DNA of 64,000 nucleotides from positions 709,167 through 773,166 of the forward strand of contig JAQGDQ010002370.1 in NCBI GenBank assembly GCA_030141605.1, given 5' to 3'. The notes beneath the pieces were generated by a model that ran no database searches, had not been told where the DNA came from, and worked only from the letters and a program-made list of their open reading frames with translations. The DNA comes from Tubiluchus corallicola (lineage: Eukaryota; Animalia; Priapulida). Positions 42,101 to 54,978 of this stretch are shown here, piece by piece. The translations under genes were made by a program, and so were the position numbers. The first letter of the stretch is position 1. Each line of letters starts with the position of its first letter.

Positions 42101-45100
42101 ATCGACTCCAAAAATTTCACCTTGAAAATTGCCTCCCAAAAATTCGACTTGTACATAAGTATATACGGTAAATACTTAAACTAAATTCATATTATCAGAA
42201 AAAAGTATAGTTCAATTCAACTACATAAACAATTACGAAAAATTTAATAACTTTACAAAACAATAACGAAGTATCTGCAAAACATCTTAAAAGCAATATC
42301 ACAAGTTCCTGAGCCAAATAATTACACTTAGCGGTCTTGAGCCACATACTGCAGTACAGACTATCAAATGTGACCAATTTTGGCAAAGAGAGAGAAGTGT
42401 TGTTGGGAAACAGAATAAAGAGTGTCACTCCATATAAGTGATTTAGTTATTGCAAAATTAAAAGAACTCCATAAAAGATAATATTTGGAGCAATATATCA
42501 ATTGCTTAGTTAAACAAGATGTGATTAATTCTTCTATAGGCCCTCTCGTAATACTATTATAACGAATAAATAAGTACATTTATTCACCAACAATAACAGA
42601 GAACTGAACTGGATGACAACCAAAGTGGAAGAGTGGGAAGTACATATGTTATAGCAACACTGCATCTTCTTGAAGGCTCAAATATTCATATTCAAAAGCT
42701 GTTTTCTGGAAGTGTTAGTTTGTTGTAAATCTTGATTGCCACTTAAATACAATTTACTTAACTCGCTGTGTCAATGTGATATTTAATGTGAAAACTTACT
42801 CTAAATTTTTTCTAACTACTTCATATTATCAAAAAAATATTTGAATTTAAACAAATGTGTGCATTCAAAAGCAATTTGAATTTATTTTGTTTTGTAGCAG
42901 CTACAATAACCTAGAGCACTAGAACCTATAACCTATAAATTCAAATACTTTCTGTTAGCTGAACATCAATATGTAAAAACTTGCAGACCTGTCATCATAT
43001 TGAAAGCAGACATCTTTAAATTCTATTTTTCCACTAGATACACGCAAGTCTAAGGCATCAGGTGTGTCTTGCACTTCCTGTTTCTGGTTTAGTAAATCAA
43101 ACATGTTCTCCATATCAATAAAGGACTGCTGTATCATCCTGTTGAAAAATGAGTTTTGGTAACTTAATAAAATACCATAAATACCAAAAATAAATACAAA
43201 CAATACATAAAGCACTTGCATCTAAAGAAATGATAATCAAATACGTGTGAAATGTGCACTCTTGTACCTCTGCTACTTTATCCAAAAACTTTTTGTTCAA
43301 ATTTTGCTGGGATGACTGGAAGGTATAATTCCGCAAAATATTTATTTACCTAGCCTCATAAAATTCAAATACTTTCTGCTAGCTAATATAATTTGGCTTA
43401 CATTGTTCACATGAAAAAGTTCATTCAATCTGCTAGCTGCTAGTAATTTCACAAGTTATAATTTAGTGCAATTTGCGTTCCAACAAAGGATCTGGGATTT
43501 TACGTATTTGGATAAGTGAGTTTGTTCAATGTTTGTGCTGTAGGAGAACAAAAAAAGTTTTATAAACATTTTACATTTTAATAGACTCACTTTGGGATGG
43601 AAGTGTTTTGACCCAACTAACTGATTAATTCAATTAGAAAGGGTGTAGCCTATTACTATAGAAGTATGAGTAATCAGGCATCACCATAGTATGCATTGGA
43701 AAGGCTTTAAATGAATGTTCGAAATGAATTAATGTCAAAATTCCTATTGATGTGCAATTATTTAAGAACACTATGTGCATAAGTGAATTTATAAAAAAGA
43801 AAATAAAAAATCTCGGTAATCTGATTATTACCACTAAATATTACGAATATTCAAGGTTTGTTGCTTCACTTCTTCACGCAGAAGTTTATAAAATTTCATA
43901 ATGATGAAAACATTGAAAATCTGTTGCTGTATACTGCACATATTCAAGCAAGCCACCTAGTCACTTAGTGCTTGAACTACAGTAGGCAATGACCTTGTTT
44001 CCCCTGTGAAAAGCAGTAGGAACTTCAAAAGCAAACTGCTGGACAACTGATTAAATGTTTAGCTTCCAGAACCAACAAGGTTAACTGCAGGTGGATGAGG
44101 GGGTGTCAGATTCAAAGCAAAACCATTAACGCATATGATAAACATACTGAGCCTGCTTACAAACAAAAACTGTACCTAACATAACTGTTTCTATGTATAT
44201 TAATAATGCACAAAATTGACGTAAAGTTGACATAAAAGCAGTAAAAGATCTTTGGGCATACACAAGTGTCTTATTTTAAGTATGTGAAGGAAAAATTGAG
44301 TCAATTATCGACAGTTTTTATATACATTTGAATAGGAGCGGCCGATACCAGACGTTTTTGAGTCAATTAGGCGACTGAGTCTATTAACCGTGAGTCTAAT
44401 AAACGGCGCCTAGTGAACAAAAGAAATGTTCAAGATCATTTTTCATTGCACTATTTCATTAGATTAACTTTCAATTGATTAAACTGATTAAAAAAATTGC
44501 ATCTTGACCATAATTAGATCTCTCTTAAAATCACATTTTCAAACAGTAGAAATTTTTTTATATATGCAGCCAGTTTTTGAGTTCTCATGATCAACTGACA
44601 CTAATTTCTAAATCAGCTTACACTCTAAGATTCCAATTAATGAACATTAGTAACAGTCCTACCTGTAATATGTGCCAAACCAATTCAGTGGAACATACAG
44701 TTGAATCAGATAAGTTGAAAACAGCACATAATCACCAACAGTCAATCCTTTTCCACCAACGACCAACCAGGCACAGTACAAAGAACCAGCTAACAGCCCA
44801 GCATTTATCGTAAAACTTTGCACCATATTGAGTAGGTTGAGAGAAGCTGTGGATATGTACTCAGCTTCCTGAAATTTAAGTATAGCTGCTCGGTAACGCT
44901 GTACTTCATAATCTTCTGCTCCATAATACTTCACCTAAACACACAAGCAAAACAAAGTTAGAAAAGGAAACCTGTTCAGGAGAATCCTAAGCAACACAAA
45001 TTAATGCTTAGAAGTTATGAGTTGTGTTGAAAATGCAAATTTATATTATGCAAAAACCTGACTTTCTGGGGAACTATATTCTATTTATTATATACTATAT

Positions 45101-48100
45101 ATCTAGGCTATCTATATACCAGGTACTAGTTATTGTACCCTTTTTCCTTTAATTTTGCTACCCTTTCTCTTGCACCCATGTAATCACTTATTAATATATA
45201 TTCTTCCTCTTATTTTCATGTAAATTTTATATGATTAATCAGCTATGTATTTCATGTAAATGTGCACTATAAGAGATAAATAAACATGCCTATGTCTATG
45301 TCTATGGGTATCTGTATATTTAAATGCGTATTTAGAAATCTGCATACCGTTTCAAAATTTAATAGTGAATCAACTCCTTTTGCTCTGGTTTCATTATCAA
45401 GTAAATTCATTCGACGTCTGAATTTCGTGCGCCACTCTGTGACGAGTATTGTAAACACTGTAATAAATAATAAACCAAATTAACCTTAACATCAAATTAA
45501 ATCTCTATCATAAAAAATCTGAATGCAATATGCAATTTTGAAATTAACAGATAAAAATGTAGAGTGTAATTTCAGTCTCATACACAAAACAATACTCTCT
45601 TGACATCTATCATACATGAGGATAAACAAAAAGATTTGTATCCTATAGTATTTAACAAAGCAGCTTCATAATATGCATACCTTTCAAAACAGCAAATGTA
45701 GACCATTTTAAAAAAGTTGGTTTGAGTGTTCACACGACAGTGTTGGGGCACAAAACTGGTTTGGAACCATTTTGGGAGGTAATTTGGAACCATTTTCAAA
45801 CTGTTTCAGACTAAAATCATTTGAATGGCATGATGTTAGCAATGCACACAACATGTCGTCTAACAAATAGCCAGTGACCGTGCGGATACGCAAAACATTT
45901 TCAAACCACTTAGCCGTGTGAAAAAAGATCTTCCTTGTCATTAGAAGACATAATGTCCGTGAGATAATATACCATAGGAAAGTTCCGTTACTGATGTCAG
46001 CATCATCAAATGTTCTTGTTCAGTGACAAGCAAATGTCAGTGCAACAAACCGAAAAGCCTGAAAAATTCGACCTATACTTTCCTTCCACTGAACTAACAA
46101 AAGTTAAAGTAAGGTATGTATTATTTAATACATAATACATACATATCAGGTACATAATACATACCTAAATAGAGCATCATTGTCAGGAAAACAATGAGGC
46201 CAAACCACAAGTTGAAAGTAGTTGCGAAGTAAACAATTGCAACTATAATATCTACTATTGTTGGTATGATGTTAAATATAATATAGCTGAAAACAAAAAA
46301 ATATGACATTTGTAGGAATTAATCACAATAATCATGATTGCAAAACAATATCGGAAACAACAAAATTTGTTTCGAATCACTATACCTACTTAAAAAAATC
46401 CACTAAATGCTTTAGCTATTATGTTGAATAGTGCATAATTGAAAAACACAATATTGAAAACATGTAAATAAAAATAAATTTGTGTACTTATTCAAACAAA
46501 CAAAATTGTGCAAAAAAATTAACTGGCTGGTGTCAGTCTATAAAACGTCAATAGGCCTGTAATGCTCACTAATAAACGAACAATCCAACTGTTATTGGAC
46601 CCAGACCCATATGCATTCTCATTACTTCAAGATTAAGAGTTTTTTACTTCTTGCCCTTCTAGCAAGCATTTGTTAAAAATAATTCTTTAAATCATTAATA
46701 ATAAATATATTAAAGTCTTTCAACTGATGTATAAATTGACAAAAGATAATAAAGTTAAAGCACTAGCTGCGGAAACAATATGTCCACATAACCTATATAA
46801 TAAATTACTACCTAAAATAACGTAGACTTGCAAAAGTCTCATCAAAAACACTTTAAGCAGTATAAGGACTAAATCAAAATAATCATCATAGCAACCCAGA
46901 GAAGGTAGAATGTTCAGGCATTTGCACTTTAAATTTCAAAGTATTACTCACTATAATTGAAAAGGTTATTATTTGTTAATTGTGGCAACTCCATGTTTTG
47001 CAAACATTTAATAATGATAGTTAGTAACAGACAGTAATAAATATGATACTTGAGCAAAGTGTTTATGCTTGTTGTGCCTCTATCCATCACTCTGAGTACC
47101 TCTCCAGTCTTTCTTCCTAAATGCCATCTTAGTGATAACCTATCAAAAAAATATAGCTTTGGAAAAATTACATAAAAACTACTGCAAAAATCAATCACCA
47201 TTAATCATAAAGCACTATTGTAATAATTTCTCTGGGTTTTGTATCTCTTATGTTGTTTAATTAGAAAACAGACTGCCGATGAAACACGTCTGGCTATCTA
47301 GTCGTCGGTATCAGTATGTCAATGCACACCACAAATTTTCAAGCAACCCTGCACACTTTCTACATTACATTTATTAGCTTAACAGCACTAAATCTTTTTT
47401 CATTTTCAGCTGCCCTAAATTCACTTATAGCAGGCACATCTTCACATGCTTTTGTGTGCAAGAAAGCACTATGAAAAAACTGTTGAGAATACAAACCCGT
47501 GTAAATGTTTATAGAGATCTACTTGTATTTCCCTAGCTGTATACTGTTGAACACGAATCCACAAATACGTATTCAAGTTGTTCAACAACCCCATAGAACC
47601 TGTAATCATGAATGATAAAAAAAGTCAGTCTTACACAGTCAAATGAGGTGGGACACGATACCCAATTTGGGCAAAAAGTGTGGTAATTGAATTCTGGTAA
47701 GCATGTGGGCTTTTTAAAGTGACTAATGCAGCAGCAAAATTGTTACTCTTTGTTTAGCAATAAAGGTAAAAACTGTTTATACCAAAATTAATGGTTTACT
47801 GAAGTAAAAGTTTCAAAAACAATCACGCATCTGTGGGTGCTGGCACTTCACGCCATATTGCCAAAATTTTGAACATTCACACATTAGCCTTACAATTTTT
47901 AAGCACTTATCTGTTAATAATCACCTAGCAAACATACACCATAGTGTATGGCATGTACACTTTAACTCATATTCAAAACTTGCGTTCGAACAACTACATA
48001 ATATAACATTAAAGTATTAACAATATTTTTACCTGTTCCTCCTCCCTGAAGCAGTCGAAGTACAACATAAATCAAAATGTAGTCCCATTTAAACTCCAAA

Positions 48101-51100
48101 TCAACTCCGGTTAAACTATCAACTATAATGTAATAAAAAACTTAATAATTTAAATAATTAACATGTGGTCTTCAGCAACATGCTTTAAGAAAACTAACAA
48201 CAAAAAACAAGAAAATTTTAAAACACTGAGGAACTTAAAAAGGCGAGCAAATTAACTAAATCAAACTCTGTATTACATCAGTCATCCATTAAAATGATAA
48301 AATACATATTTTGTACAACACAAAAAATAAAACATACAGTAAAGCACTCTAACTATAATCATCTTCCAGTGTACTTTACAAAAACTATAATAATCTACAT
48401 AAATCAACACAGTTATAAACATTATCAAGCTTTTAGTGAAGGTTTAAAACCATTAATGTTAGAAATAACTTTAATTGGTAAATCAATATTAGTATTGTTT
48501 ATTTATATACTTGGTACTTTCCTATACTCAAGTACTTGTACACAAACAGTTTTCGAATGGCCTGGTACTTGTACATAGCCTACTGTAGCAAAAAGTACTT
48601 GTGCTTCAATACTTACTGTCACATTTATCTATCATAATTCCAATTATTTTCGTTATTTTAACAAAAAAATTGAATAACAAACCTATTAGTTTATTATACA
48701 CAGGTACAAGTACATTCAGGCCCCGCACAGCTGCAATGATGAAAAAACAAAATACAACTCGCAGTTGTAGCATAAGACTCTTCTTTGGAAATACAAAAGG
48801 CCATATCAGCTTCGTCTTTTCCCAGACATTTGTCCATGTAGACTGACTAGTATTAGTATGTGCTCCTCTAAGTGGCGTTTCTTCTGTTAATGGCTAAATA
48901 AACAACAAAAACTATAAATGTGCCAAGGAAAACATTTCCTTATTATTTCAATACATAATGATAGCATTATTTTTCGTGTTTTTGTCCCAAACGAAGAGAA
49001 TAACCTTAGCATTAAAAAACAAATGATTAGAACAAATACAAATATGTTTTCAGATTCTAGCTTCTCAAAAACTGTGAATCAACAAGTATGAGGTTATGAC
49101 TTTTATGTTCCTCATTTAACAAAAAAAATTAAATTATGTCAGCACCCGATCACAATCCTTCAATTACAACACAATTAAATGATGGAAAAAAGTTTTAAAA
49201 TTCTCATTTAATGCTTTGAAATACATATCAAATCACCAACAGCAAACCTTTTAGCAAATTCTATTTGAAGTTACTCCGATTCAAATTATACTTACAGCAA
49301 TATACAAAAAACAAAATACCTTGTTCTCCTCTATATTTGAAACATCTCTGCTTAGCATTGCATACCAAGTTCGCTTACTTGGTAAGCCTGGGGCTGCAAG
49401 GCCAATGATAAACAAAAGTGCAGTAGAGATATACCTTATGACGAATAAAGCAGTCTCTATATTATCTGACTTTCTATAAAAAAAGGACAATATGTTACCT
49501 TTTGTCAGCAAAAATTAAACTATATAAACTTTAATGAAAGTGACTAATCAAAATTAAACAAATGCTCCATGTTACAAATGTACCTAATAATAGAAAACAT
49601 GATTTATCATTTGTTAAAGTATTAATTTCACGACGCATCTTTGTTAAGAAATACAGTGATACTACAGCACTGTATACGACAACGTAGTACACCTTGGAGT
49701 ATTATACTGTTTTTTCCAACTCCATTGTACTATATTAGTTAATTACTATTACTTTCAATTAAAAGCAGAGAAAGCAATTAATTTCAGAGAAAAGAATCAA
49801 TGCTTCTGCAATGACATAGAATTTCTCTTCATCTTTTCAAAATGCACTAAATATTTACTTTCTTGTTAATCAGTTTACCAATTAAAACTTATAAACCACA
49901 GGATTCTGAACAAAAAATTTGCTGTAGCTGTCGGCTTACTTACGTGCGTTGCTTGAACCACCATTCTTCGCTAAACCAATTAAGAAAGCTTAAATTTGAT
50001 TTGATCAAAGCAAGCATCCAGAATATCAGCAAGATCATGCCATGTCCTCTGGTGGGAACGGTTGGCAGCATGCGCCGTCGTTCTACGATTATCAGTGCAA
50101 GAGAAATGGAATATGCAGCCAGGTAGAATATGGAACTCAAAATCATAAATCCATAAATATGCTTATCACCTTCAGAAAACACAAAGAAATATATAAGCAA
50201 CAGGACTATGAGATCGACTCTATAGCTCTCTTTCAGAATGCATTGTTGCAATCTACCACTGTGCAATAATTCTTTAAATTTTCAAGTTGCTCACCACTTC
50301 AACGAAAATAGTTTTAACACAGCAAAGTAAAAAGCAAACTACCAGACTGGACAGGTATCAAATCAGGTATAATTAAAATCAGCTTAGCCAACACCTCTTT
50401 GGCTACTTTACAAGTTCAAATTGATTTTTGATTGATTTCTTAGAAATGATGAAGATATTATTAGTCATCGTTTCTTAGTTATGCTTAATTAATTAACACA
50501 AATATACCTTACCTAATACTGTTCCATACAAAATCAAATGCACCACTGCTTCTAGAGCAAGAAGAACTGTCAGAAATAACTAAACAAAAAAATACAATAA
50601 AAACTCAAGTATCACATTTCAAAAATAAAAATTTCAAAAAAGTTTATGTACAATATGTGACATTAGCAGGGTTTTAAATTTGAAAAAAAGCTAAGCAACT
50701 TAACATAATATCAGGTTAGAATACACTGCTATTTTACCAATAGAAGTTGCAGAACTTATCTTACTGTTGGCATTTTCTAGAGTGCTGAAAATTTAGTATC
50801 CTGAATTTGACTTCTTAACAACATATTAGTGATTTACTTACACAGGATCTTATAGTAAGCTATATAATATTAATTTACACTGAACTGATCAAAAAGCAAG
50901 GGTTTTCTGAAATTTGCACACTATACTTAGAATTTCACCAGTTGCAAAATGTGTTAAGACACAAACTACTGAAAAAAAAGCTTCAAGTTACCTGTAGACT
51001 GAAGAAAAAGCTTTTTGGTCGTATTCTGGGATCAATGAGATTAGAATATTTGTGATAAAAGTACAATTGTGCTCCTAAAATATAATGTACACTTATGTAT

Positions 51101-51547
51101 CGTACAGAATTACAAAAAATGGTCAAAATTTACATTCCATTTAAGAAACACACGTTTGAATTAACTGCTTCATTTGTTTGCATTTTACAAAAAGCTTAAG
51201 CATCAATTATGTTATTCTGTCTACTTACAACAAAGAAAAAAGAATGACTTCAGCCCAAAAGTCATTTTTTTTAAGAAACACGTTAGGCTGATAATATTGC
51301 ATGGCAAAACTTTAAAATAATAATGCAATCAGTTAGGTTGATCATGAGAAATACAACAACAATAACAACAAGAAAAATAATTCTATAAAAGAGAAAACAA
51401 ACTCAAAAAGGTAATACCTCCAAAAATGAAAATAATGCCAAAAAGGATGGCTGATTCAACAGTCTCTAAAAAGCACTGATTGAGTCCATGATCCCATACA
51501 ACTCTCAAAGTAATGTTAGGTGGACAATAGCTAGTAGGGTCTTCCAT
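35946..51547 (-). CDS. ABCB6: ABCB6/HMT-1-like half ABC transporter, whole gene span (20 coding exons, 2568 nt CDS, about 855 aa)
   Basis: Hand-spliced exons give a continuous frame: N-terminal TMD0 ([29 protein letters not shown]), [50 protein letters not shown], Walker [11 protein letters not shown]-loop [13 protein letters not shown] signature, Walker B LLDEATSALD, H-loop AHRLST. All introns GT-AG with matching phases; in-frame TGA three codons upstream of the ATG. Confidence 0.95.
37112..37206 (-). CDS. ABCB6: ABCB6 coding exon 19
   Basis: [31 protein letters not shown]; 95 nt. Confidence 0.95.
38568..38680 (-). CDS. ABCB6: ABCB6 coding exon 18 (signature, Walker B)
   Basis: [38 protein letters not shown]; 113 nt. 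Confidence 0.95.
39299..39399 (-). CDS. ABCB6: ABCB6 coding exon 17
   Basis: [33 protein letters not shown]; 101 nt. Confidence 0.94.
40309..40382 (-). CDS. ABCB6: ABCB6 coding exon 16 (Q-loop)
   Basis: [24 protein letters not shown]; 74 nt. Confidence 0.94.
40713..40817 (-). CDS. ABCB6: ABCB6 coding exon 15 (Walker A)
   Basis: [35 protein letters not shown]; 105 nt. Confidence 0.94.
41217..41274 (-). CDS. ABCB6: ABCB6 coding exon 14
   Basis: [19 protein letters not shown]; 58 nt (55 nt if the distal AG of AAGGAG is used). Confidence 0.88.
41377..42168. mobile_element. Tc1/mariner (Tc2/pogo-like) MITE in ABCB6 intron 13
   Basis: TIRs CCATATATACGTGTGTACAAGTC and (reverse complement) CCGTATATACTTATGTACAAGTC, both flanked by TA. 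Confidence 0.8.
42989..43138 (-). CDS. ABCB6: ABCB6 coding exon 13
   Basis: [16 protein letters not shown]...[14 protein letters not shown]; 150 nt; weak donor GTCTGC. Confidence 0.9.
44663..44934 (-). CDS. ABCB6: ABCB6 coding exon 12
   Basis: [11 protein letters not shown]...[27 protein letters not shown]; 272 nt. Confidence 0.94.
45348..45457 (-). CDS. ABCB6: ABCB6 coding exon 11
   Basis: [36 protein letters not shown]; 110 nt. Confidence 0.93.
46165..46286 (-). CDS. ABCB6: ABCB6 coding exon 10
   Basis: [40 protein letters not shown]; 122 nt. Confidence 0.93.
47050..47139 (-). CDS. ABCB6: ABCB6 coding exon 9
   Basis: [29 protein letters not shown]; 90 nt. Confidence 0.93.
47497..47599 (-). 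CDS. ABCB6: ABCB6 coding exon 8
   Basis: [34 protein letters not shown]; 103 nt. Confidence 0.92.
48033..48122 (-). CDS. ABCB6: ABCB6 coding exon 7
   Basis: [30 protein letters not shown]; 90 nt. Confidence 0.9.
48683..48893 (-). CDS. ABCB6: ABCB6 coding exon 6
   Basis: ...[31 protein letters not shown]...[11 protein letters not shown]; 211 nt. Confidence 0.9.
49320..49473 (-). CDS. ABCB6: ABCB6 coding exon 5
   Basis: [30 protein letters not shown]...; 154 nt, phase-consistent. Confidence 0.9.
49944..50169 (-). CDS. ABCB6: ABCB6 coding exon 4
   Basis: ...[22 protein letters not shown]...EEWWF; donor gtaagt; 226 nt. Confidence 0.9.
50513..50579 (-). CDS. ABCB6: ABCB6 coding exon 3
   Basis: [22 protein letters not shown] transmembrane helix; tttag and gtaagg sites; 67 nt. 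Confidence 0.85.
50992..51074 (-). CDS. ABCB6: ABCB6 coding exon 2
   Basis: tttag/GAGCAC...CTACAG/gtaact; [27 protein letters not shown]; 83 nt. Confidence 0.85.
51418..51547 (-). CDS. ABCB6: ABCB6 coding exon 1
   Basis: [43 protein letters not shown]; donor GTATTA; 130 nt. Confidence 0.88.
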
Positions 51548-51621
51548 TCTTATTCACCAGTTGCAATTCCAATCAATAAAATGTTAAACTCAGCATCTTT
51601 TAATTGGCTATTAGAGCATGG

Positions 51622-51879
51622 CAGACTTGTAGCTTAATACTCTGTAAGAAAGATAATTAATTTTAATTTGCAACTTCAACAGGGCATAACATTAAACAAA
51701 CTAAACTCATGTAGTTTACTACTCTGTAAGAAAAATAGTTAACTTCAATTTGTAACTTCAACTGGACCTAATCTTAACACACTAAACTCACCAGACTTGT
51801 AGTTTAATACTCTGTAAGAATGATAGTTTACTTCAATTTGCAACTTCAACAGGGCCTAATGTTAAACAAACTAAACTCA
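51622..51879. repeat. Tandem repeat, 3 x about 85 bp, overlapping the ABCB6 5'-UTR splice acceptor
   Basis: Three copies of TGTAG..ACTCTGTAAGAA..AATTTG.AACTTCAAC..ACTAAACTCA. Confidence 0.9.
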
Positions 51880-52183
51880 ATAAAATATATTTTGGAATAT
51901 TACAACATTTTACTAAAAATTAATTAGAAAAAAACACAACCAGCAAGTGTCACGATCTAACATTCATTTAAATGAGTCAAGATCACATCACCTAAAGTCA
52001 GGTTATTCCAGCAACTTGCTAATTGCATATTGCTACAACCTAAAATTTTACCAGTGCGACGACTAAAAAATGCACAAAATTTTAACCTTTAATTACATTT
52101 CAGATTGAAAACTAGCAAGTGCACACATGCACCAGAAAAAAACTGCAGAGTAAAACAGTGTGTACAGCCACAGTACAACAAAT

Positions 52184-53165
52184 GATTGTGCAGTAAAAAT
52201 GGCACAAGAAAAAATTGCATGTTAAAATGGCACATGTTATTTTGACGCAACTGATTTCTACAATAAAGCTAGAATGCACTCAATAGGAAGCAGACCTCTG
52301 TCAAAGTCGACTAATCTTAAACTCATTCATTTGATTCTTTAGATTAAAAAAACATAAAACAAAAATAAAAAGCAAACATGCAAAAATGTACCTGTATCAG
52401 TATTATATATTCCACCTAGTGTTTATCTACTTTTCTTTAACCATTAATTTTGCTTTCCTAATAGACTGACATATATACGTATTTAGATACCAAGTCAGCT
52501 CATAACGTTTAGATAAGCAAACAGTTTAATAAGCAATTAGATAGCAGTGTAATAAGCAAAGGTTATAGAACAGGATTACACAGTTTTCCAAGCGAGAATT
52601 TCTCAAAATGGAACTTAGAACTAACTCGTAGTTTATTGTTTTGGTGGAGATAATAAAAAGTATTAAACACTATCTCTGGGACCTCTGCAAAGTGCTTCAC
52701 AAAATGCTTTTTGTATCTGGTGTTCGGTCAAGTTTAGCAAAAAAACGGACAATGAAATGCAGATTTTCGCACCCTATAGCCACCCTCTCTACAAAGTTTC
52801 ATGGAAATCCATTAGGTGGTTATTGCATAACAGGCTTACTGCTATAACAGACAAAAAACAGCAAACAAACAAAGAAACTGTGTTGAAGCATAACTTTCCA
52901 CAGCAACCCTAGCCTAAACTCATATTTTACTTACTAAGTGTACCATTTTTTCCTGTGCCATTCTTACCATGAAACAAACAAGCTGCATTGAAGGATGACT
53001 TCCCGCAGTAACACTAACCCTAAATTCATATTTTACCAAGTATGCCATTTTTTCCTGTGGCATGTTTTTAAAGTGCGATTTTACCTTTACTATTTTACCT
53101 GCACTGTTTTTACCATGCCAATTTTCTCGCGTCACTTTTATTTGTGCCATTTTTACCTGCATTCC
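52184..53165. mobile_element. Non-autonomous DNA transposon with AAAATGGCACA-type inverted subterminal repeats
   Basis: Left TGCAGTAAAAATGGCACAA versus right end (reverse complement) TGCAGGTAAAAATGGCACAA; several TGCCATTTTT repeats at 52940-53160. Confidence 0.6.
52268..52900 (+). mobile_element. Degenerate Helentron/Helitron-like non-autonomous element nested in the element above
   Basis: 5' CTAGAATGCACTCAATAGGAAGCAGACCTC; 3' AAGTTTCATGGAAATCC...(CAAA)n...CATAAC; architecture recalled for such elements. Confidence 0.45.
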
Positions 53166-54978
53166 AATTAATGATAACTAAAATTTATAGTAAAAAACAA
53201 GCTATACAGCTTACGTAATCTTATAAATACAGATTACAGAGATTGTTAATTCAACTCACCTTTAATTCATCTTTGCAGCTAGCCCCATCATTTTGATATT
53301 TATTATGGCTTTAATTTTAGGAGCCGTTCTGTAAGGAACCTAAAATAGGGTTATAACATCATACACTCAATCTCTAAACTACTTTTTTGTGGCATATGTA
53401 CTTTACCTACAATGATTATGACAATTTGACACACTATATACACCACATACTCATCTATAGAGCAAAAACATATAGGCATTTAGAACTACAGGCACTAGTA
53501 TCATTCTGCAGAAAAGTCAGTGTTTGCAGGCTTCTTCTTTCTCATGAATCCAGTCTAGATTTCATTCTTCAATGAGGTTGAGACGGTTAATCGTTTAAAC
53601 ATTTAACCGACCACTAAATGATGTAACTGTTTAGAAAATCACTAACTGTTTAACCATTACTTTCCTTTGCATTTTAACATCACACAATTTTTCACAAGCA
53701 AATCAAATCACACACACAGAAAATCATCGATGAACTATCACAAGACAGATGCAAACAGGATTAAAATAACCAGCCTTAGTTCAGAGTGTCACACATTCAT
53801 ATTCATCCACAACATGCTGCTGATTTTGTCCACAATTATCTTGCAAACATGCATGTTAAAATGTGATTTCCAGGTGGCTTTTAAAGCCTTTTACAAGGGA
53901 AATGCCTGTATTTTCTCTTACTGTGCATGATTATAGTGCTGCCCTGGCAAAATCATTGCAGTACTGAAAACAACACATGGAATCATGAACCTGTAACAAC
54001 ACCAACCAAAGGTGGTTTGTTGTTCGTTGTGCATTGAGGCCAACAATAAAAGTATTTCTGTTTCCGCATAATCAGTCATATAGAAGCGCATTTTTAATTC
54101 AAAACGTAAAACTCATTAATTACTATAACATCATTCTTTCGGAAAATGCAGGACACGGCCATGTTTTTCCACGGCTAACTCTCGGCCAGGGCTGTCATTT
54201 TGTATGATTGCATTGTATTGGAGTCTAAAAATATCGAATTTTCTGCCAAATTGGTGTATTAACGGCCGAGCAGTGTTGCCACTTGCACCATAATTATCAG
54301 AACATACACGTTTATGATACAAAAGAGAAACTATGCAATAATTAATAATTATACGATAATTTAGTAATGCGAAACTAAAAAACAAAGCGTGTAAAAAATG
54401 TGTATCGAAAAAATTTAAAACATTACTGCTAACAAGTGGAAAATAAACTACTTTGATTTCAACTGATTTTAAATATTCCACAATTCAGCTTTAAACATTC
54501 ACAAAGCTTTAAAAAAAATTTTCCCCTCTCTTCCTACTGACTTCTTCTGGGCTCATGAGGTAAGACAAAAGCCATTTTTTGTGGCCGGCCTAATATTCAG
54601 AGTTTGCTCACATGGTGATTCCAACATGGCAGACTCTAAAAGCATGGGAGTTTATGTACAACCAACGATGTGTGAGTAAACGTGTCATGATTCGGAGCAG
54701 GTAACTGCTCACAGATATTTCTTTATAAATTGAATTGTGTTGTTCAAAAACTTCTTCAAACATTCAAAAGGGTTCATAATTTCTTCACGTAATGAAGAAA
54801 TACTAAATTGAGTGAATTTCCATTCATTCAATTTGAGTTGAATTTCATTTGAGTATTATAAAATGGGGTTAGAGTTAGACAATTTCTTCGTATTAGTTCA
54901 TCATGTCTATTTGATATATTGTCATATGTATGAGGTCGTCAGGAATTGTTAACCAACTGCAATTAATAACATTTAAAC

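Noticed and set aside
53790-53990. Possible box C/D snoRNA or extra coding exon upstream of ABCB6
   Set aside because: No proper RUGAUGA/CUGA pair with a terminal stem; all frames close quickly.
54131-54481. 116-aa minus-strand ORF
   Set aside because: No recognisable domain, non-ATG start and AT-rich first half; more likely promoter/UTR sequence.
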